NCBI GenBank assembly: GCA_002256025.1
Contig: NKIB01012322.1
Span: 62,001 to 82,457 of the forward strand
Source: Asterionella formosa
Taxonomy: Eukaryota
DNA length: 20,457 bases
Direction: 5' to 3'
Below the pieces are notes generated by a model. The model was not told the origin of the DNA, ran no database searches, and worked only from the letters and a program-made list of their open reading frames with translations. A program made the translations under genes and the position numbers. Position 1 is the stretch's first letter. Each line of letters begins with the position of its first letter. Positions 1 through 11,926 of the stretch are shown here, one piece after another.

Positions 1-595
1 AACCACTGTCCGTTGCCTCAAACCTGATTAACATGTGTGTACGTGTTTTCGTGCACTGTCAACTTGTGTACATTACAGGAGTGACTTAGCTACTAAAGTG
101 CGTGTTATAATATCATACTCTGTAGTACGATGCAGAATACTACAGTTCCCGATCATCTCATCATGATTGATAAGATGATAATGTGATATCATGATAGGTT
201 TACATCGATGCATACATCACCAAAGTATGATATGTAATATTGAATAAAGTATATCACATAACTATGATACATTGATCATAGAACTGTGATGATTTCTTAA
301 AATGTTTATGATATAATTTTGATCAAAATATGATCATGTTAAAATAATACAATGACAATAAAATACGATAAAATATGTACGCAAGTGTTATTGATACATC
401 ACAGAAAATAAATGAATAAATCATAATTATATTACTTAATATATAAATTCGACTTTTAATGTATACAGTAAAAGCCAACATTTAATATGATAGTATTATT
501 TGGTGGAAAGGATCTAAGTATACAGATGCGTTGAAATGTACATCACCATAATATGATTTGTGATATGGATTGATGCATATCACAAACCGGTATCC

Positions 596-1610
596 TCAAA
601 AACCAGCCATCACATTCATTGTCGTGTTTTTCCTTGTTATAGCTATATATTTCTGCATATGTATTGTGTAAACACTACGCTGGCGGATCATGCATATTAC
701 CACAATGTAATCTAAACGTGCCTTGTTGGTACGTTCAATGGTCTGATTCATCGGAAGTAGTGCATCAGAACCATTCCATATGAAATCGGCAAGCTCTGGG
801 TCACTCTCCACTTCTTTGCCTAACTCCGGTTTCACTGTGTATAGCTGAGTTAGGCAGGTCAACATTGGGCAAACCAATCCTGTTTGTGATTGGAAATGCC
901 TTTCATACCACTTGGACCAGATAGGCAGGGCGGGATGTTTGATTCTCTTTTGGGACCAGAAAAAAGCACATTAGATTGATTTTTTGTTTTACAGTACCTG
1001 TAATTCACGAACTATAACCTCAAACTTACATCATGTTCACAGCAAAACTTCTTGGTCTTGATAATAAAACTCACAACCTTTGTGACGATTGAGGATCGGA
1101 TCAATTTTAGCTAAGCGGGAACGACGTTCTGATAAGGCTGCTGAAATTGAAGATTCTTGATGACCTCGTATGGACAAGCGAGTTTTGAAACGAATTACGA
1201 CCTTTGTAGTGATTGAGTTCATTGATCAATTGATAATATCCTTTGGCAAGTGCAAAATGTTTTTCCCTCATGTACTTGTTGGTCCGGTACCATGTCGTCC
1301 ATCTGCATCCGGGAGTTATTAATGGCATCATCGACAGGAGCCTTTTATCTTGTATCAACAACTGAAAAAGAAACGTCATCATCGGTTTCAGTGTCAAATA
1401 GGTGATCCTGTGTAGCTGATGGTATCCCCATCAACTATGGGGTAGCACCCCCACTAACTACCTATCGCCTATTTGGTTCCTTTGGATAATCGCCTATTCG
1501 CTTTTTCTTTGTTGAATCATTTTGGTACTTGCTTCTGTGTTCCATACCGGCAGTATTTGCCACATGTCTCTTGTTTCCATGAACCTCTTTATGATTTTTT
1601 GAAGACATTG
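596..1610 (-). pseudogene. Possible decayed coding sequence of unknown identity (probably transposon-derived)
   Basis: Less AT-rich than its flanks. Several overlapping minus-strand reading segments are interrupted by stops (e.g. MSSKNHKEVHGNKRHVANTAG..., HLFDTETDDDVSFSVVDTR*, LPIWSKWYERHF...). I recognise no family motif. Confidence 0.2.
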
Positions 1611-1813
1611 TACTACTAAATAACTGTTGTCGTTGTCTTGCTTAAGTTCGATGATCTTAAAATCAGGTGATGCTAACTACAATGAAATGAATCATCAGCC
1701 ACCACTACATTTAATATTTTACGCTATCTAGATATGATACCATAAAACCAACAGTGCTATTTACATTATCATATACAAAATCAGAACCGACTTTGAGTAA
1801 TAGCATATCTTGT

Positions 1814-2269
1814 TTTCAATTATACAATAATACAATCCTAAAAATATGATGATTTACTGTCCCGCTGCAGTAGCAGCAGTCATGAACATATGGTGTTCTG
1901 TTGCTTGCTTACTACTCCAACTACTCTCTTTCAATTTTACGATCGTACAATCCTAAAACTATGATGATGTACTGTCCCGCTGCAGTAGCAACAGTCATGA
2001 ACATATGGTGTTCTGTTGCTCGCTTACTACTCCAACTATTTTTTTTCAATTTTATGATTATACGATCCTAAAACTATGATGATTTACTGTCCCGCTGCAG
2101 TAGCAGCAGTCATGAACATATGGTGTTCTGTTGCTCACTTACTACTCCGACTACTCTCTTTCAATTTTACAATCATACAATCCTAAAACTATGATGATTT
2201 ACTGTACCACTGCAGTAGCAACAGTCATGAACATATGGTGTTCTATTGCTCACTTACTACTCTGACTAC
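1814..2269. repeat. Tandem array of 4 x 115-bp units
   Basis: The anchor tac(a/g)atccta recurs at 1831, 1946, 2061 and 2176, an exact 115-bp period. Units share the core atgatgatttactgtcccgctgcagtagca(g/a)cagtcatgaacatatggtgttctgttgct. There are no unique spacers. Confidence 0.97.
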
Positions 2270-5200
2270 CACCAGTATATCACTTCCTACCTGCTACTGG
2301 TACTCTGTGTATATATGATAAAATGTTATTGTCATATGATGTACACATGAAGAACTCCCGCCCAAAAAGGGGGCTTAAATAATTAGCTACCAAAATCCTT
2401 GCAAATAAATAAAAGTCGTGGAAAACAATGGACATATTGTGCATTGAATATTTTCGAATTATCTATATGCAAATATGATCTTCTCAACAATACCAGACGT
2501 TCCATATTGAGAGTGTCTTTGATTTTTATAAATGTACAACACTTGATATATTTATATATTTACAAATTTTATAACTATATACATGGCAAATATATTTGAA
2601 ATCGTTCTGTCATGTTAACAAACAATGCCTGCTTCATGAAAAGAAATATCGTAGTAAAGCATATGACAAGGAAAGTTTAAGCAATAACGAAAAACATTGT
2701 GGCTTCGACACATTGCGCCTTCTAAGGATGGAGTATGTTTAAGGTAATGAAGCCATCAATGTGGTACTTGGATGACAATCGTTGGAAGGCAGGACAACAA
2801 CAAATTGTAAACCAAACGCACATTTCCTTTTTTCTCCATTGATTCAACAGCTTGTTTCGCTTGTTGGGGAGCACCAATGTAAAACAAAACAAAGCAAAAT
2901 TGGTAAGTGCTCTTGTCATTGGACTTATTCACTTCTGATGGAACATAACTGATGGACACGCCACTTTACCTTCTCTCAAAGTTAAGCTAACAAAAATGAA
3001 TCGGTAGGTTTTATTCGGCAACATTGGAAACCTGAAACTTACTTATTCAAGAATTTACTGACAATTTACTATTACAGACTTATGCATCACTTGCTTTGAT
3101 TTGGCTCTCGTAAGTGAAGCAAGCAAGAGGATACGATGGAATGGCATGATGTTGTGTCAGTGTAACATGTCTAGCTAACAAGTAGTTCCTTCTCATTGTT
3201 ACTGTAACTGCATAGGACAATAAAAATGATAAATCAACGGAATAGTCGGGGAGTTTAGAATGACACTAACAGCAGGGAAAGAGACGCAACATTAGTAAGG
3301 CATTGCTTGGCACAAGATTCAGAAAAGAGGAAGAATAGGGCGAGACAGGAACAATATACATTGAGCTGAGTAGAGAGAGAAACGTTGGGTTGCTGGCATG
3401 TAGATTAATAGATAGCATTGCTAAATTTGATAGTTAAATAACGATCCATTTCAATCTATTTCGAACAGTTCTTGTGAATAGAATTATGATGATGTTTACG
3501 ATAGATTTACGATGAAACAATTCTCATGGGCTGATAGTATAGAGTTCAGCTGATTTTAGGATGCATTGTATTAATAATTTACATCGGGCAATTACGAGAA
3601 TTGAAAATAATATGAGAAGGTTTATGATGATGATGAGTAATGTTATTGATCATTTGATATACATTGTGTGATGATAATGTTGTTATTATCATTATACTTC
3701 AAGGTCAGTAATATATTAATAAATCATCATAGTTATAGGATACCTTGATCATACAAGTTTTGATCCAAAAATTATCATATATACTACGATAATCCTGTGC
3801 CACTTAGCGTGCATTACACTTGATCCTATATATATGATACTTTTTATTTGCAGACAATATCTAGCGTGGTACATACTATATCATAGGTCAATCTTCATTG
3901 CTTTGGTCCACCTTGCTTTGTGTACTTCGCAATAATTATATCAAAGTCTGTATGGTCATTAGTGGAGACAAAAATACAATGCATTCAAGATTTAATTGCC
4001 TTTCTTTTTTTCTTCCTCCAAAGATAATAACAAACAGAAATTATAGTGGTACATCAAATATGTTGAGCACACTCAATTTCAGAAAATGAATTTGCATGGG
4101 TACATGTTCCTGTTTCAACAAACAATAGAGGAGGACCCATATTTCCCATAACATCACCCTTGTATCCTTGATTGATGCAAGGCATTCTCTTGTCACCACG
4201 AAAATCAATCATCTCAATTCCAAGACTCTCTTATCAATTGTAACATTTTAAATTACTTCCAAATGGATCAAATCCTTCTTCTATTTTTTTGTTGAAACCT
4301 GTAGATATCTTTCTCCTTTCCTTTTTGGCTGAAACTTGTAGACAGTGTTCACCTCGGCAGTAAGCTTTGGCAATTCGGACAAATTGTCTCTTCATGTTCA
4401 GACATAGGCATTGGATTTATGCTGATGGGCAAGGATTACCTTCAGTGCCTTCCTTTCTTGTTAGTATTGTTATCATGTCGTGTTTCTTTCTATTTGTTTT
4501 CCCTTTGTCACTGAAAATCAATCGCAAGTTTCTAACAAGCTCATGGAACATGGAACAAATGGCACTACCTGTCACCAAAGACATCTGGGACTCAATGAGG
4601 AAGGCATTGCTGGTTAATCATAGTTATAGCAAGGCATTGATGGCGAAGATCAAACAATGACAAACAGAGGTATCATCATGGTGAGTGAAGCAATTGAGTG
4701 TGAGGCTGTGGCTCAGTGTATGTGGCATGTATTTGTCAAGAGATTCAAAATGATTTTATTGTTAACAAGTGGTATGTTCATTCATATATTTAGTGAAGAG
4801 GAAATGAACGACATCAACTAGCTAGGACGACTCTGCTTTTATGTATGCAAAACAAATATTGGGTTGTGCTAAATTTTACAAATGTAGAACCAGCTACAGG
4901 CCCAGGGGTCTATCATGAGAGACCACATATATACCACAGCCAAGTCCTTGTCTTTTGGCTTGGTGACGCTGGTTCCTACCAGAGTCTACCACATACCGTT
5001 ATTTGAAATACCGATATGTATTTTTTTAACCTGCTGACGTCATTTTATATCCACAGTACCGGGTATATATTACGGTAATCATACTGAATTCATGATGTTT
5101 ATTTATACCGGCAGATCACACACATGTAATAGTACTACTGTTTATATAAGCAACTGTTGTCCCTGCTTGTGGAATTTACTCATGATCATGTGTACTTACC

Positions 5201-5477
5201 CGTACAGACAGTATGAGTGATCGGATTTGAGCCTGAAACGTGGTTCCGGGTTTCTGAATCTACAAAAAGTCGACACCACTTTCTTGCATGCATCATATTG
5301 TTCTCGATTCTTTTTTAAGATGTATACCGGTATATTATAATAAAAAAATAATACGAAGTACGTAGTAGATCACATACTATCTCATCTAAATTATCACCTA
5401 GGCCAAATCCACAACAAGGCCTCAGAACAATTTTGAAGCAAACTTCACGTTGTGATTCAGCACTAATCTTCAGCTTT

Positions 5478-5501
5478 CAAAGCAAAGCAAAGCAAAGCAA
5501 A
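5478..5501 (+). repeat. (CAAAG)n pentanucleotide microsatellite just upstream of the PCMTD-like start codon
   Basis: The sequence caaagcaaagcaaagcaaagcaaa is followed by degenerate units and ends about 24 nt before the ATG at 5525. Confidence 0.85.
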
Positions 5502-5524
5502 CCAAACGAAAGCGAAGCCCCAAC

Positions 5525-7704
5525 ATGGCCTGGAGGAGTAGTGGATCGAACAACGATGAAATGGTCGACAACCTCAAGAGTAAGGTCCCGTGACGTATTT
5601 GTTCTTTTCTGTCGTAACTTTTGCTCGTAGATGCCACCATCTTTGTAACAACAGGCGTCAAACGTATGTGAAGAAGGAGATACGACCACGCATTTACACA
5701 TGCATTGAGCTATATGGTAATGTAACCACCTTGACAAATTGAGAACCTAGCTTGTTGCCGCTCGTTTCCACGAGTTTTGTGCTCGCTATGTTTGTTATGT
5801 CTCTGTACCACTTCTATTCGTCTCGAATGGTGCTTCTTTATTGGAATTTATCAATAATAACCAATCGGGGTTTGTCCGTCAAGGTCTGAATCTCGTTTGT
5901 TTCTCTCGATCTCAAGCCGAACTAGTTTGAAGCCATGTTGTTGCATACCGCCCGTTAATTTTTAATTTTATACTCTTCTTTTCTTTTATGAACGACAGGA
6001 TTTGGGGTTATCACTGCGTCTGTAGTTGAGAGTGGCTTTCGCTTGGTGGACCGAAAGTTCTTTGTCCCCAAGGTAAGGTAACAATAGAATCTCGATCAAG
6101 TGCTCAAATATGTTAAAAATCCAATCTCTCAAGTATTTCCCTCAATCAACCTCTCTTATTCAGAGCCGCGAAGGTCTTGCCCACGCCGATCAGCCCTTGA
6201 AAGAAGGAAATGTGCATATATCTGCCCCTCACATTTACGGGTCTGCGTTGGAAGCACTTGAACTTCGCGCTGACTCTAGCCTGTCGTTCTTGAACGTTGG
6301 TTCTGGGACTGGTTATGTCTCATCTATTGTTGCTGCCATTATGGGACCAACGTCATCTAACCTTGGGGTAGAGATTTTTCACGATGTCGTTCAACATTCA
6401 CAAGCAGCCGTAGCCACTTGGAAGTCTTCCTTGAATGACCCATCAAGAATTCCTCCAATGGAAGTGCTGCAAGGAAATGCCCTTAATATCAACCCTAGCC
6501 TCGGCGAAGCATGTCGAGGCTTCGATAGAATCTATATCGGAGCATCTGTTCAACAGTCCGATCTTTCCAAGCTAACCTGCTTGCTCAAACCCGGAGGAAT
6601 TCTCGTTGGACCAGGTAAGTTACTTGCTGACAGCGGCGAGGCAACACTTCGTTGTGCAAATTCTCACTTTTGTAAATCAACATACAGTGGAAGACGAACT
6701 TGTCAAGGTTGTTCGCATTCGCAAATCCGATGGCGTGATAGCTTCAGACGAGGATTTCACTCAACAAATCATCTCCGGGGTTCGTTTTGCTTCCTTACTG
6801 ACCTTTCCCATCACTGAGATCGTTATCCCAGCAAAGGTGTGGGAGCCTGCCACTCATCGTTTTTATCCGGACTCCTTTCGGGCAGCAAGCAAAGAATTGA
6901 TACTTTGTTGCTACGCTGATTATAAGCAGCCTCTCCCTCAGAAGGTGCTCCCTCAATGTGGATTCAATCTTGCTGCGACATTGCCAAAAGCGATCTGGAT
7001 GGAAATATTGTCGTTCACTCATCGTGATTGTAAGTCGTTGCAAGCCGGAAAATGAAATTTAAAATACAGCATCAATTCATAATACAGCATCTAACGTTCT
7101 TTCTTAAGGGTTCGAACCTCCCCAAACAGAAGCAAATTTCCTTCGACAGCGTCTCCTGGAGGAACAAGAGTGTTCCCGAAAGGCACACCAAGCCCTGGTA
7201 TCTGCTGAGGCTCGGCTCCACGTTGCTGAACGAGAGAGGGATGTGTATCGGCTACTCGCCAGGCGATGGCAAACACGTCTACAGAACGTAGTAAGGCAGC
7301 AATGTAGTGAGCAAATGGATGTCGAAGCAGATTCTGACGAGGACTCAAGGGATATTCAAATACCTGGTCCTGAACAGGCCGTCATGTTTGGCCTTGTTTC
7401 CATGCATCGAACGTTCCAAAGTGGCAGTGATGCCAGTGACGACGATGAGGACCAGGCGCAGCTGGATGAAGAGATCGACCACGTCGATGAACTATTTCAT
7501 GAAGATATTTCCGACGATGAAGGTAACTACCAGTTCTCTGCTGCAGACGAAGAAAATCACGACGAGGTATCGCGGCAAAATAGCGTGAGTTCGTTCGATG
7601 CAATGGATGATGGGCGAAGTCAATCAATATCACCTGCTAGTGCAAGTGCCCTAGCCCTTCGACCTCAAACAAGGACCGTGTCGATTACAAATGACGACTT
7701 GTAG
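5525..7704 (+). CDS. PCMTD: Protein-L-isoaspartate O-methyltransferase domain-containing protein (PCMTD-like); exons 5525-5579, 5999-6072, 6164-6614, 6688-7029, 7109-7704; 505 aa
   Basis: Manual splicing over four GTAAG..AG introns (419, 91, 73 and 79 nt; CTAAC branch at 7091) gives one 1518-nt frame joining the track ORFs 6110, 6606 and 7243. The N-terminus reads MAWRSSGSNNDEMVDNLKRFGVITASVVESGFRLVDRKFFVPK. Motifs HISAPHIY, FLNVGSGTGY (SAM motif I), FDRIYIGA and LKPGGILVGP resemble PCMTD1/2 more than canonical PIMT. A coiled-coil and an acidic tail follow. Confidence 0.9.
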
Positions 7705-7894
7705 AAATATTTTCATTGACCTATTGCAGGGGTCGTAGATGACCAATTTTATGAGAGTGGCAAAATTTAAACTATATAACGTAGATAATTTCTATTCATA
7801 CCCTGTCATGTTTGCGTGCGTTGCCGGGAAATGTCGCATTCTTCTTAATAACAGGAAAACATTCCGTAAAAAGAGTGCATAGCAAGCCGCTGCA

Positions 7895-10633
7895 TTAGCT
7901 CTTGCTCTTGTTGGACATTCGCATCGTAGCAGATCTCTCCAACAGACGCCCCGAAACCTGTTGCAAATCTCCAAGATCAAGGTGGCTCTTGACTTGCCCT
8001 CGCACATGTGAAATATTGATATGATCACCAGTGCTGCCGTCACCTTCCAACTCAGGGTGACTGTGGGTATGACGAATTGGCGGCGCCAATAAAGCATCCT
8101 CTTGACTTCCAGCCCGTCGATAGTAGAAGTGAGCCATACTGGAAGTCTTGATATAGCGTCCATCCGAAATCGATCCTACCAAGTCGCAATTTGATGAAGG
8201 CTTTGGTGACATCGTAGTTGAGCGTTCACCAGAAACTTGCTCACCAAGTAAGCTGGGGTTTTCGTCTCCATCAAAGAATAGGCCAGAACTGTTTGACACA
8301 GATCGATGTAGATTTCCTGTTGAATGATTGCCTCGGAGTCCCATGCCTCCCCAGCCTTGACTGAATTCGACTGCCATCAATGGTCTCTCCATCTCTATAG
8401 CCATTGTGTCTCCATGTGCCAATTGCTCATCATATTCCTTTTGTGCCGAGTCGGATAAATCTCCGCTGAGACTTTGTCGATCTGTCACAGCGTGACCTCC
8501 CGTCATACAGAGTTTGATGTTCACAAGACTCGGACTGGTAAAGAAGCTAGGAACTCTATGTCCCATCTTCTCACCTGTTGAATCCTGCCGTGTCCTCTCC
8601 CATGATTCTCTGACGAGTTTCTTGCGAAGTCTCTGGACACACCGATCTAGAGTGACTTCCTCCGCAATGTGGCTCTTGATCGCAGGAATGTATTTCCATG
8701 TCTCTCGCTCAGCCGCTTGAATCCATTCACGGAAATCCCTCTCGCTTGGGTTGTAGATACAATGCAACAAGGCTGAAAAGAATCCGCGGTGACTGATCCA
8801 TGGAATAAGCGATATGTCACAATCGCGTCCTTCATATTCTTGTGTAAAGAACTGGCTCATTAACCCTCGTCGAGTATCAAAAAGTGGGGCAACTCGTCGG
8901 CCAGCAGCCAAGGTCACCATGTGCTGCGTCCAGGCTCTGACTTGGTTTTTGAGAAAGAGTAAAATTCCTGTCAGTGCCCCAAATAATGGATGTTCCCAAA
9001 CCCCAGCACCAAGACCAAACGAGGCAAACATAACAGCATGCGGGTTGGCTTGGCTAACAATGAAGTGGTTGACGTTGAACATTTCTGATAATTGCTGCAT
9101 TGGTAAGTCAGCTTCCATGCTCCCATCGGAAAATCTTGAATCCGAAGACTCGTAACGCTCGGTACCGTCCGCGTCCTTTACCATAAGTTTATTCGATTCG
9201 AAGACTCCAGGCAATGAGCTAGACGCCACGGCCGCGCTCCAAACTAGGACGTGTGGAGCTGTGAGGTAGTTGAGCAATCGAGGTGGATCACTTGAGTTCT
9301 TTGGGGTAACGGTAATGTTGAGAATTCGGCCAGTCCGGTCAAAGGCTTCTTGAAATGTAAAATCTCCAACGTTGGCACGTAAGCACTGTCGAAAGTGCTC
9401 TGTATCGTGGTTCAAGATATCTTGTGGTCGACGGTTTCCAGTTAATAAATCATAGATGAGCGACGTAAACTTACGAATTCCAATGGGTACCATAGCTTGT
9501 AATGTGCGTTTAGCATCATGAAATCCACCTGCGGTGTTGTGGTAGACCCTTTGAATGTCGTTTAAGTTTCCTCTGCCGCTGTCATCTTTCGACCAGTCGT
9601 TGTCGTCATTGTCTCCCAACGGTCGGAAAAAGTTGAGCCTTAGTTGGCCAGAGTGTCCTGCCGAATTCGTTCCTTTTGCTTCAAATAAGTCCTCTAAGCA
9701 TTCTTCGTCAGTTCTTGTTCCTACCATGGCAACCAAAATAGAGCCGGCAGAGGAACCACCAAGCACACGAGGCATTAGCCCATTCTCCATTAACGTTTTG
9801 ACAACACCGACATGGTAAAAGCCAAGGGCCGCACCACCACTTAGCAAGAGTGCTGTTCGACCGTATGAATGCCTCGTTTCATTGAAAAAAGCTAGTCGAG
9901 CATCTGTCGGGATAGGCACGTCGCCGGGCTTAACTGGTGCATCGCAGCAAAAGTCCAACGCAGCGCACACTACATTGTGATAGGTCTCTACCAAAACTTT
10001 GCTCCCTGCCAGTGCTTTCGAAAAGAGTCCTTCATGCAAAAGTCCAAACTTATTTCTTGCAATACCCCCTCGAAGTGTAAACATGAGGTCAAAAATATCC
10101 CGTCTTCTCATGAGGTGAACAAACTCATCGATCCTCGCCGAAATTCGTTCTCGTTCGTAAAGAGCACAATTAGGGTCACTTCGCCAAACATCATTTTCTT
10201 GAATGCTATCAATTCGTTCTGCTAGGTCCATCCACTCGTCTTGACTATTCGCGAGGCCTTGCTGTGCTTGGAGCTGACGAATAAGTCGAGAACGAGACGA
10301 GAAATTGGAAAATAGGGCTCGTAGAAGGCTGACGATTTGTTTGATGGTGACTGCGCCCGTCTGGAGAGCGACAACTAGGACTAACTGTTTCGCGATAGTT
10401 TTGGGGACAAACACAATTTCTAGTACCTCCGCGCTAATCTGCTTCATAGCTGGTAGGTTCGCCACTAGAAGTTTGAAGGCCCTGTCATGGATGCAATGGG
10501 AAAAGTGGTGTGGGATTGGTACTTGGTCTGGACAACGCTTTGACCCACTTTGTGCGATGCATGGCAATACTTACTCTTCCAGGAGGTGCTTGACAATGTC
10601 AAGCGACGGATGATATTCACTGTCTCCTTTCAT
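7895..10633 (-). CDS. SDP1: SDP1/TGL4-like patatin-domain triacylglycerol lipase; exons 10633-10575 and 10481-7895; 881 aa
   Basis: Patatin motifs are LLLSGGAALG (oxyanion loop), GSSAG (catalytic Ser) and FSDGSME (catalytic Asp), plus TFQEAFDRTGRILNITV, PRLLNYLTAPHV and LSEMFNVNHFIVSQANPH. A DUF3336-like N-terminal region precedes them. The ORF-track start at 10567 falls inside a 93-nt phase-2 intron (10574-10482, GTAAGT..GACAG). The spliced N-terminus is MKGDSEYHPSLDIVKHLLEEAFKLLV. Confidence 0.93.
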
Positions 10634-11275
10634 GTTTGTTGCTAATGGACTTTCCGAGGAGACGAGGACGTAAGCGACCGCTGTGATTCCACGTCTTGCC
10701 TACTCGCTTCCTTGCGTGTGGACGATCTTCAGCTTTGCTTCTCTCGATTACCGGTAGCAACTAGGATCAGGTATATGCGGTACGCTGACTGCACTGTGTG
10801 TGAATGCTCCTTCTTGTTCAGGCTTTGTGCATTCCGTATTGCACTGATCTCTGATTTTGGCTAGGATCGAAAATTTTGCAACCTTGTTGATAACTAGCTA
10901 CTAACCGCGAGGAGAGGAGACGGTATTTGTCTGTTATAGGCTATGATATATGCTGCGTCGGTATGTATTGAGGATGATGCATGCATGTGATCGGCAATTG
11001 GGACTACAGTAATTGACAAGTGATACCGTAGAGTAAATTCTATTTACGGCTAAGAATTCCACTCCCCTTGGCTTGTTTTGTTGTCCATATTTATCGGGAG
11101 AGGGCTACATAGCTACCACCGGTCGTAACTGCTGGTGTCAAAAGGATACCGGTACGGTACTCGTCGAGGTGTCATGACGCGCCTAAAATTGAAGTGATGC
11201 ATGGATGCTTGCATACTAGGAGTACCAGGTCGTACCGGTGGTATGATTTTCTTCCTTCATGATGCTTCATCAGCC

Positions 11276-11303
11276 GTAACCACTGCACTGCGGCAGTGGT
11301 TAC
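11276..11303. other. Perfect 11-bp hairpin with a 6-nt loop
   Basis: The sequence reads gtaaccactgc-actgcg-gcagtggttac. Confidence 0.8.
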
Positions 11304-11641
11304 ATATTTCCACACCGGGATTACATGAACTGTAGCTGCTTGGATGCGAACCCCGCCAAGAACATCGTTGCTCATGACCCAGGGGGTCACGTATGCTTGT
11401 CTGACTACATAATTGAATTAATTTTGCAAATTGACAGCCACCCTCGAAACTGTTTGGAGACGAACTTTTGCTATGGTGCTTGTTGCAATGCATATTTTCT
11501 CCAAGTTTATGATAGCTTGCTGATGGGTTGTGCCTCGCATCAGTCAATGATGAGGATCTTGCTTGCCCCTTTCCTTCCTTTGGATTGCTCTTAATATAGC
11601 TAGTACCATACTAGTACTATGCTGTACTAATATGTATCATG

Positions 11642-11787
11642 GTGGCTGAAACTTTAATTACTAGACTGTCTATACTGGTATGTTAATGCATATCACAATG
11701 GGCAGAGCTGGACAAAGATCCAAGATCAAACTAGATCTGAAATAAGTGGTGTTGAATTGATTGCAGATCAATTACTAGTTCAGCCAC
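11642..11787. mobile_element. Possible degenerate ~146-bp MITE
   Basis: The left end gtggctgaaactttaatt matches the reverse complement of the right end, gtggctgaactagtaatt (first 9 bp identical, 14/18 overall). No target-site duplication is visible. Confidence 0.3.
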
Positions 11788-11926
11788 TCGCAAGAAATAA
11801 AAGGAGCAAATCATTGTTGCCGATCATTCATTCTTTGCTTGACTTTTATTGCCTATTTGTATGATTGCTATGTATAGCACATGATTTGCACAAATGGGAA
11901 CTGATACTAGTAGTAATTAGACTACT

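Noticed and set aside
2191..2265. Box C/D snoRNA (ATGATGA ... CTGA, 75 nt) in repeat unit 4
   Set aside because: CTGA appears in only one unit and is best explained as CpG decay of CCGA (other units have CCGA or CCAA). There is no terminal stem and no convincing rRNA guide.
1814..2269. CRISPR array
   Set aside because: The units are contiguous 115-bp repeats with no unique spacers, there are no cas genes, and the context is eukaryotic and intron-containing.
2399..4660. Short ORFs 2399, 2722, 2756, 3898 and 4367 as genes
   Set aside because: They are short, mostly with non-ATG starts, in AT-rich CpG-poor DNA. I found no recognisable motif in any frame I translated, so they are at most unidentifiable decayed transposon coding sequence.
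6110..7704. ORFs 6110, 6606, 7052, 7243 and 7307 as separate genes or a programmed frameshift
   Set aside because: Canonical GT-AG introns join 6110, 6606 and 7243 into one gene. The others are off-frame shadows.
7792..10613. Small overlapping and antisense ORFs within the lipase gene, and the track start at 10567
   Set aside because: They are shadow frames of a long CDS. Position 10567 is a TTG inside the 93-nt intron.
11172..11594. Three overlapping 72-96 aa ORFs
   Set aside because: There are no motifs, no splice model and mutually incompatible frames, so none can be supported as coding.
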